From NCBI GenBank assembly GCA_000004985.1, contig GG738847.1: a DNA stretch of 64,000 bases. One strand, given 5' to 3'. Under the pieces are notes generated by a model. That model was not told the DNA's origin and searched no databases. It saw only the letters and a list, made by a program, of their open reading frames with translations. A program made the translations under genes and the position numbers. This DNA is from Naegleria gruberi (lineage: Eukaryota). Within the stretch, counting starts at the first letter, position 1, and each line of letters begins with the position of its first letter. Shown here piece after piece: positions 24,701-33,300 of this stretch.

Positions 24701-25027
24701 AACTCTTGGAAATGATTCCTTTAAAACATAAACTCCAAGATATGGATTTGGTTTTTTAATGATACTTCCTACAAGATTTCTAGCTTCAATGGCTGTTGTT
24801 GTTGTTGAGTTGGATCATATATGATGATGATCATTATTAATATGAAATAATATGAATATTAATATTGTTTAGGATAATCTAATGTAAAGATTTATGGAAA
24901 GTGGAAGAAACTAACCTTGTACTTGAATTTCAATATCATCATCTTTTCTTTCGTTGGCTGTTGGATCGACAACTTTGTGGCTTCTTGGTCCTTGTTGTTC
25001 CTTTTTGCTTGCCTCTCCTAACACCAT
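21749..25027 (-). CDS. Three-exon gene for a ~980-aa protein with an N-terminal C2 domain followed by about six filamin-type (ABP-120 / gelation-factor-like Ig-fold) rod repeats.
   Basis: Exon 1 is 25027-24916 (MVLGEASKKEQQGPRSHKVVDPTANERKDDDIEIQVQ-), with donor G|GTTAGT. Exon 2 is 24792-24481 and is a complete C2 domain: AIEARNLVGSIIKKPNPYLGVYVLKE...WNQTLNVYCRNW...SDDHEHDFLGEVTI...TGKWFE. Its donor is T|GTAAGT. Exon 3 is 24276-21749, entered at acceptor caaacag|ta, giving ..WFE-L-WLPLQKR.. Filamin repeat signatures include PGKYNFKAKINDSPILADITITAV, KGKPIKDSPYQVPV and VNRAPVRNSPARGINILPPG. Exon phases check out, with +/-1 nt uncertainty on the exon-1 ends. Confidence 0.8.
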
Positions 25028-25373
25028 TTTTTTTTTTGATTTGATGGTTGACGTTAAATGGTTTTATGTAATGACATGACATTCATAGTATGATAACAAG
25101 CTCTCTTTACCCTGGTGATGCAATTTTTCACACCCTTAAAAACAATATTATGAACATCTTAATTGAACTGTAGTCAATTCAAGTTCATTGTTCCAAGACC
25201 TTATCTCTACATGTGTTGGATACACTCCTTATTTTACCAACCTCAATATCAAACAAAATTACTGTCAAATGAACCTCAATTTCAATCATGAAAAAAACCT
25301 TAAATCCACTCTGAAATTTTCCAAATTTTAAACTTCATAACAAAAAAAAGAAAACAAACTTGAAAACAAAAAA

Positions 25374-25820
25374 ATGATGCTCAATACACAAGTGAGTGAT
25401 GAAATTATTCAATCCTATGAAGAGATGAGACTTGGAAAGGGAAAATTCAAAGAAAGCAAGTTCATCGTCCTTCACATGGAAGAAGGTTCAATTCAAATTG
25501 ATCAAAATTTAACTCGCTTACAAAATCTTGATGAATTGGTTGACAAATTGCCAGCAAAAAATTCTCGTTTTATTTGTTATCATTTGAGTTTTGAAATGCC
25601 ATCCCAAACAAGTGGATTAAGAGAAGGAAAGAGAACGAAAATGGTATTTATTACTTGGTGTCCAAACGAGGTAAATGTCAAGGAAAAGTTTAAGGTTGCT
25701 GCCACTTGTAAAACTGTCAAAGCAAAGCTTAATGGAATGTCAATGAGTTATTATGCTGGTTGTAAAGGAGAACTTGATGAAAAGCAACTCATTGAAAAGT
25801 GTATTACATTTATCAAGTAG
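25374..25820 (+). CDS. ADF-homology-domain protein (cofilin/ADF/actophorin-like actin depolymerising factor), 148 aa, single exon.
   Basis: MMLNTQVSDEIIQSYEEMRLGKGKFKESKFIVLHME...LPAKNSRFICYHLSF...KRTKMVFITWCPNEVNVKEKFKVAATCKTVKAKL fits the ADF-H pattern (V.D.....F.E.K ... LP....RY..Y.... K..FI.W.P... K..Y...K...K.L). The ATG is preceded by an A-run. Confidence 0.8.
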   Translation: MMLNTQVSDEIIQSYEEMRLGKGKFKESKFIVLHMEEGSIQIDQNLTRLQNLDELVDKLPAKNSRFICYHLSFEMPSQTSGLREGKRTKMVFITWCPNEVNVKEKFKVAATCKTVKAKLNGMSMSYYAGCKGELDEKQLIEKCITFIK

Positions 25821-25973
25821 AGCAATAATTAATTGTAAAATCTTTTCTGTATTTTTAAATGTAAATAAATTGATAATTAATTTAAATTCTCGAAGTTTAT
25901 TTACATTATTCGTCATATATCTATTATACACAATATTACAAAATTTCCAAATTCACAAGCTCAATAACTTGTG

Positions 25974-27333
25974 TTATTCTGATGTCATATTAATTGATGA
26001 CAAGATTGAACTATCCAAGCTCATTGATAGCTGCTGATCACTTCCTTCACCAGTTGGACTTGTTGGTGATTTCAACTTTTTAACATCCAACATTTCATTG
26101 GAAGAAGTTGGCGAGAGAACCAAATCTTGAGTTGAATTTCTCGATTTTCCATTTGAAGAAGATAATGAAACATTCGAAGCTTGTGGAATAATCTTTTGAT
26201 CAGAATCCATTCTAAACAACTTTTGTACCTCTCTCAATGGATTGTAAATTGAGAGAATCAATACTACAAACGCAATAATTCCAATATTGTAAAGCATGTG
26301 AAAGAAATTCATGAAATAATTCCAAGTTAAGGTGAGTGGAATGAAAACGAAACCAATAAATTGGAAAATCAATGAAATGGTCAATCCGTATTGAATAGCC
26401 ATTGATTTTCTCAAGGCAACTTTCTTGAATTTGTAAGTTTTGATTTTTTCAACACTTTTTCCCTTAATTTCGGATGGAGAAACTCCACGAAGCATATTCT
26501 TGATTTTTTCCTTGCTTTCTTTCAAACTCTTGATGAGTTTTCTGCCAATCACATTGAGGAAGATTGAAACGGAAACTGTTGAGATGAAAAATAAAAGAGC
26601 TGCGCTCAGGAAGAAACCCAATTGGAGATAGCTCAATAAATCTGGGTCAATATTGGCACGACCAGCTGCTAAACCTCCAAAAGCAATGGTAATGCAACAG
26701 AGGAGAACGAACAATCCACCCAAAATGATCAAGAAGGCAAATAATCCCTTTCTAACAATTTCGAATGCTCTTTCAGATAAAACACTGATAGAACGACAAG
26801 TTTCGGCACTATTTGCAAAGATTGTTAATAGGAATTATATCAAAAGAAACTTACAAAATGTAACAAATATGAGCCATCAACACTACTTCAACATAAATTG
26901 CAATATTCACAAAACATCTGTCAAAAATCTTGATAACAACACTTGCCACTTTTCCTTCATTTGGAACCATGTGTAATAGAGCCAGCTCACTTGAAATTCT
27001 AGTTAGCATATTGACAAACACCAAACTTTCCAGAACAAACAAAATAGCAAACAAAATGTGTTGATTTCTCTTCATGTTCTTTTGTTGCATCAAGTAACTG
27101 ACAACTGACGCAATAAATAAACCACCAAATATCAAAACGAAAGGAGAAGTCAAAGATATAACAACAGTGTTGTAATCACCATAAATCGCGCTTGTTGTTG
27201 TAGAACTATTGGTAGAATTGACCAATTCAACAGCTGACAGTTGTCCCATCAATGGCAGTGAAACATCTTGTTGATCGATAACTAATGGACCCAACAGAAA
27301 TTCTGATGGTAATTGGGAATGATATCTAGACAT
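25974..27333 (-). CDS. Two-exon gene for a seven-transmembrane protein (~425 aa) with receptor-like topology: glycosylated N-terminus, basic third intracellular loop, and a Ser-rich C-terminal tail.
   Basis: Exon 1 is 27333-26855 (MSRYHSQLPSEF...VVLMAHICYI-), with donor TT|GTAAGT. Exon 2 ends at 25974. It starts either at 26769 (85-nt intron, junction ..ICYI-L-AFEIVRKG..) or at 26808 (46-nt intron, ..ICYI-F-AETCRSISVLSERAFEIVRKG..). Both are in phase, and a 46-nt intron is validated elsewhere in this window. Seven hydrophobic helices, an N-glycosylation motif NSTNSS, and a basic loop KSLKESKEKIKNMLRG. The family is not identifiable. Confidence 0.65.
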
Positions 27334-28541
27334 TCTTTTTGATTTTGTTTCTTTCGTATTGCATCTCTCGCTATTCGATAGGTATTGGTGGATGTGATAA
27401 TAGTTTAGGATGGACCTGTCAGTTATAGATGATTTCAATAAATTGGGACATTTCATCAACCATCTTTCTGAACGCTTTGGAAAAACGACATGTTTTTGAT
27501 GGGACAAAATTGACAAGTTGACACATAGCAAGTATGATAACAAATTAGTGATTTGCCTAGTTGAGTTTTAGAGGATGTAGTGAGCTTTATTGGATTGTTG
27601 CATTTTGATTCTGGAATCCAGAAGAATCTTGTTTCGATTTTTCCTTAAGAAAAAAAGGTTTCGTCGCTTCATTTACAGGATGTGTATCCGAAAGGTTGAG
27701 TTGTAAAAGAACATGTTTTGTTGAAGGATGATTTCTCAAGTTTCATTCACTAGTCCAATATGAAATCTTTGAAACTGTCATCTGTAGGTCAGTTTCTTAA
27801 TGTTTATTCAAACCTTTCCAATGAAAAAAATGTAAAAATCAACAATTTAAACACATGTTATTTTTGATTAATAGTGACATTGCCTGTTATTGTGGAATTG
27901 GTAGAATAATCCAATAATTGAAGTGTTGATTTAGAAGTTGTAAACTAAAGTACAACAATTCACACCCATCACAAACTACTGCATTCTTCCATTACAATCA
28001 TTGATGAGTGGAAAGTTGTACATTTCTGAGTGTTTGATTTTTCAATAATTGTAAAACAATAATGTTATTGGATAACACAACAATTTCTCCTCTTGATTCA
28101 TTCTCATGCAGTATTGCACTAAGAGAGGTAAAACTTTTCAAACTTCACTTGTTTGTGTTGAATGAATTGTAGATATCGAACAATGAAATTAATTTTTTTA
28201 AAACTGTCTCTCTGTGTAATCCATTTCCAATACTGAAAACTAATTATTGAATTATCAATAATTCATCATCTCCAAAGAAAATGTGATTGACTTGAGTCAT
28301 TGTTATAACCAACAATTAAAAGAGACGTTTCAAACCATTGAAGTGAGGGTGTTAAATGTTGAATTTCAACGAAGAAAGGGGAGACACTTCACCAATCAAC
28401 AAAATTGCTGTAAAGTTGACAACAAGTGTCTACTGTCATCTTATCACAAACTAGAAAAAAAAAACTCAATACTTGATCAACGCAAATCTTCACACAGTTC
28501 ACATAAATTGATTGCAATATTTTGTAACCCATCATCACACA

Positions 28542-30359
28542 ATGAGTAACAATAATTCTGAAGATATTGCTGCTTCAAGTTTTGCCAATAGAAAGGCTCT
28601 ATTCCAAAACCTACAGAGCAATCCAAGTAATAGTAGCACAACTACCAAATCTACTACTACTCAATCTTCCACTTCCACTACTACCACTGGTAAATTACCT
28701 GCATTCAATCCGATCAATAAATCATCGACACCAAGCAACTCGTCATCTACTACCTCCAGCACAACTCCCGCCAATTCTAATACAGTAGTCACCAACAACA
28801 CAAGTGGCAGTGGAGGAGGTTCGAGCCAATTTAGGGAAGCTTTGAAAGGATTGAGTGGTGCAGCTGGAGGTAATCCACTGTTTGCTGGTGGTTTTGTGAA
28901 GAGTACAACAACAACTGCAACCACCAGTTTGCCAACTTATAAACCATCAACACCGAGAGGTAATAATAATAACAGTGGTGTTGTAAATTCGGTGAGTGAA
29001 AAGAAGGAACCACCTAAATTACCACCACGTAGAGGATCTGGTATTGGATCAAACAATACAAGCACTGCTACACTCACATCAGGTGGTAGTAATAATAATA
29101 ATAATAATTTGCAAACAGCAACAACAACAACAACTAGTCAACCTCCTCCTGCTTTGCCTCCTAGAAAACTTTCACAAAAGAAAGATGAACCACCACAAAT
29201 ACCAATTGTTACTAAGCAACAAGTTGTCGTAGAGGAAGAACCAATTGTTGAGGAGGAAATTCATCACGAAGAAGAAGAGGAAGACGAGGAAGAAGTTATT
29301 CAAGTACGTGATAGTATTCGACATGAAAGTGATGACGAGGATGAGTCAGACTCGGAGGAAAGTTCTACACCTTCTACACCAAGTGGAACATCATCTTCTA
29401 CTACATCAATTAACAATAACAATAATTCACTTCCACAAACATTGACCATTCAGAGTACTCCACCTCCTCTACCAAAGAAAACACCAAGTCAAGAAACACC
29501 AATTGTTGATAGTTATTCCATCACATTACATAATGCTACACAATCTTTGAACAACAACAAATCAAATCAGAATGATGACGAAGATCCAACAGCAAATCTA
29601 CCAAAGGGATGGACAGCCTACTTTGACCCTGGTCGTCAGGCCCACTATTACCACAATGAATTTACTGGAAAAACAACATGGAAGAAGCCTCCATCCGATG
29701 TTATTGTCTCCTCTTCATCATCTACTTCTGCAACAACAACAAAGGAAGAAGAACAATTAGAAGATGGATGGACAGCCTATTTCGACTCTGGTAGACAAGC
29801 CTACTACTATCATCACGAACAGACTGGTAAAACTACATGGAAGAAACCAATCAAGCAACAACAACAACCAAAGGTTTCTCCTCGCAAGCAAACTCCACCT
29901 CCAACTAGTACTACCACTTCTGCTGTACAACAACAACAAACTTCTCCACAGAAACAAACACCTCCAGTTGTCCCAACTAGAAAACTCTCACAAAAGAAGG
30001 ATGATGTTGCTCAGGAATCAACAACGCAACAACCTCCTTCTATTCCTCCTGTAAAACCAACTCGTCCTGCTACCAAGAGTATTATTGAGAATAATCCTCC
30101 TCCAGTTGTTGTTGTCGAGAGCAAACTTCCATCATTACCACCTGCAAAACCAATTAGAAAGGAAACAAATTCTCCAACAACAACTCAAGGAGATTCATCT
30201 GCTCCACCTCTTCCTCAGGAAAACCACTCAACAAGGCAACACCCCCACCACAAATTCCAACAGGAAAACCATCAAGAAATCCTTTGGAATCTTCTGCAAA
30301 GAATGATCATCGTCAATCGACAGTCATTAGGGAAGATGTCATGTTGCAACCACAATTAA
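28542..30359 (+). CDS. N-terminal segment (frame 0) of a probable single WW-domain-myosin gene: Ser/Thr/Asn-rich, two WW domains, and repeated Pro-rich motifs.
   Basis: ATG at 28542 (MSNNNSEDIAASSFANRKALF). WW domains are LPKGWTAYFDPGRQAHYYHNEFTGKTTWKKP and LEDGWTAYFDSGRQAYYYHHEQTGKTTWKKP. PPxxP motifs: PPPALPPRKLSQKK, TPPVVPTRKLSQKK, PPAKPIRKE. The ORF runs on in frame 0 to a TAA at 30359 and overlaps the downstream myosin ORF, which sits in the -1 frame. The frame switch is best explained by a 1-nt error at the C5 run at 30242-30246. Confidence 0.6.
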   Translation: MSNNNSEDIAASSFANRKALFQNLQSNPSNSSTTTKSTTTQSSTSTTTTGKLPAFNPINKSSTPSNSSSTTSSTTPANSNTVVTNNTSGSGGGSSQFREALKGLSGAAGGNPLFAGGFVKSTTTTATTSLPTYKPSTPRGNNNNSGVVNSVSEKKEPPKLPPRRGSGIGSNNTSTATLTSGGSNNNNNNLQTATTTTTSQPPPALPPRKLSQKKDEPPQIPIVTKQQVVVEEEPIVEEEIHHEEEEEDEEEVIQVRDSIRHESDDEDESDSEESSTPSTPSGTSSSTTSINNNNNSLPQTLTIQSTPPPLPKKTPSQETPIVDSYSITLHNATQSLNNNKSNQNDDEDPTANLPKGWTAYFDPGRQAHYYHNEFTGKTTWKKPPSDVIVSSSSSTSATTTKEEEQLEDGWTAYFDSGRQAYYYHHEQTGKTTWKKPIKQQQQPKVSPRKQTPPPTSTTTSAVQQQQTSPQKQTPPVVPTRKLSQKKDDVAQESTTQQPPSIPPVKPTRPATKSIIENNPPPVVVVESKLPSLPPAKPIRKETNSPTTTQGDSSAPPLPQENHSTRQHPHHKFQQENHQEILWNLLQRMIIVNRQSLGKMSCCNHN

Positions 30360-33300
30360 TGCCATCTCTTCCAGATGAAGTTGGATTTTCTAGAAAGTCC
30401 ATCTCACGTGATCGTTATCAACCAATCAACTCTGCATATCAACAAGATTTCCGTGTTCGTAGATTGGAAGATCGTGAAATGTGTGACGATTTAACATTGC
30501 TCCTTTCACAAAGTTCAATGAAATCAAAGAAATCCGAGCAAATGGTGGTTCCACAAAAGACTGAAATTACAGAAATTGATTTGACCAACATTTTGGCCAA
30601 TCGTTATTATCAAAATGAAATTTACACATGTGTTGGTCCTGCCATTCTCTCAATCAATCCATATAAGGCTGTAAAGGGTCTATACAGTAATGAAACAAAG
30701 GCTCTCTTCCACTCTCACATTCCATACGAGTTGGCTCCTCATATTTATTCACTTGCTGAGGATGCTTATCGTACATTGTTGGAACATGCCACTGCTAACA
30801 AGCCAACCTCCACTCATGTCACAAGAGCTAGACCTGCCATTACTGCTGTGTCATCTTCTTCTGCTCACTCTAAAAAGATGCCACCTCCTCCACCTCCTGG
30901 TAAACCAATCAATAAGGAAGCTGATTTGGATGATGATACATTCATTATTAATGATTTCAGTATTTCAGATGGTATTGGTGTTGGACAAGCAATTATTATT
31001 CAAGGTGAATCTGGTTCTGGTAAGACACTAGCCAGCAGAATTATCATGGAATACTTGGCTGCTGTTTCAATTTCTGGATTGGAAACTCAAAGAATCAAGG
31101 ATTCAATTCTTCAAAGTAATCCACTCTTGGAAAGTTTTGGTAATGCCAAGACTCTTCGTAACAACAACTCTTCTCGTTTCGGTAAATTTACCAACTTGTA
31201 TTTTAACTTTAAGGGCCAACTCATGGGAGGTGAGCTCACAACCATTCTCCTCGAAAAGGCCAGAGTTGTCAAGAGAAGACTTGGAGAACGTAATTTCCAT
31301 ATCTTTTACCAATTGTTATCTGATGATTATATTAGAAAACAACTCAATCTTGGTTTCCCAGAAGAGTACAATTACCTCAACAATAATGTTATCAATATTA
31401 ACGAAGTTGATGACAAGTCAGAATTTGAAACAACCAAACGTGCCATGGATTTATTGGACATGAGTGTTCCAGAACAAATGGCTGTTTTCAAGATTGTTGC
31501 TGCCATTTTGCAATTGGGTAATATTACCTTCACAGCCATTGAAGATCCTGAGGAGAGAAAGAGAAGAAACATCGCTCCTGGTGTTGAAGCTTGTGATGTT
31601 TCTAATGAAGCTTCATTGAAATTGGTTGCCAACACTCTCCAAATTGATGCTGAATTCTTGAGAAGATCAATGATTATCAGAGTTATCAAGACTGTTGGTT
31701 CTCCAATGCCAATTGAACAAACTCAATCAGTGGAACAAGCTGAATTCAACAGAGATACTCTCGCCAAGAATATCTATGAACGTTTGTTCTTGTGGTTGGT
31801 CAAGAGAGTCAACAGAGCATTGAGAGTTCCTGACTATGAAGATTTTGTTGCCAAGAAGAATTCTGAAACTTACTACAATATTGGTATCTTGGATATTTAT
31901 GGTTTTGAAATCTATGACAAGAATATTGGAACAGGAAAGATTGTTGATCAAGATGAAGCATCCAATCAAGGCAAACTCAAGAACGGCTTTGAACAATTGT
32001 GTATCAACTTTGTCAATGAAAAGATTCAAAGTGGTGTTCAAAGATCCATCAAGAAGGAACAAGAAGACATTCAAAAGGAAATTTATGGAGATGACTTTAA
32101 GCCAACTCTTGCCTCTACTCAAGAGAGAAACAAGAGATTCGACTCTGATGCTGCTATTCAAATGATTGCTGGCAAGCCAATCAGTGTCTTTTCATTGTTG
32201 GATGAAGAATCCATGTTCCCTAATGGTAATGATGTTAACTATGTTCAAAAGATGAAGACCAACATCAAACATCCATACTTTAAGATTCCAAGAATTGCAG
32301 AACCAACAGAATTTGAATTGGAACACTTTGCAGCTCTCGTCAAGTATAACACTGCAGATGGATGGGTTGACAAAAATCGTGACACTTTACTCGCTGAAAT
32401 GCTCTACACTATGCAAAATACAAAGGACCACTTGCTTATGGCTCTCTTCCCTAAGAATGAACAAGCTAATGATGTTCTCTCTAAAAAGCCAGCCAATGCA
32501 GGAACCAAACTTCAACAAACAACTGCTGAAAAGTTCTTGAGAGATGTCAGCAAGTTGATGAATCAATTGAGTTCATGCAGCTTGAAACATCACCACATTA
32601 GATGTATCATTCCAAACTATGAAGGAAGAGCTGATGATTTCCAAAAGGACGTTGTTAATCACCAAGTTAGATATTTGGGTATTTTAGACACTGTCCTCTC
32701 GAGAAAAGCCGATGATTTGGGATCCAATGTGACTGGTTACAGCATTAAGATTCCGTACGATACCTTCCTTGAAAGATACAAGCTTCTCTGTCCTGAAACA
32801 TTCCCATATTGGGAAACTTTCATTACCAACAAGTATGGTCCTGTTGAGGAATTCACTATTGAACACAAGAAGGAAGCAGTCCATCAAATTTTGAGCCAAG
32901 AACATATTGGTATGACCAATCCACAAGATTTCTTCTTGGGTAGAGGTAATGTCTTGTTGGCCTCTCCAGTTCAACTCTTCCAATTGGATGAAATGATCAG
33001 AGAACAAAAACATGAAATGGCTAGAAAGATTCAAAACTCCTTCAGAAGATACAGAAAGAAGAGAGCTGGAAAGATGGAAGAAATGATGAAGAAGGCTATC
33101 AAGACAACTGAACCAACCAAGCAAAAGGAAGCTCCTGAAGAAATCAGAATTAGACATGACGGTTTCAGAACATCCAACTTTGGTGAAACAAAGAAACGTG
33201 TCTTGATCACTGGTAGTGACAGAAGAAATATTTTCCTCTTGGATACTACAAGCTCATCTTCAGAGTTTGAACAATTGAGAAAGATTGCCATTAGAGATAT

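Noticed and set aside
30085-30306. 73-aa ORF in the third frame at the WW/myosin junction.
   Set aside because: It is a short overlap-frame ORF within a continuous coding region, and the frames 0 and 2 carry the recognisable domains.
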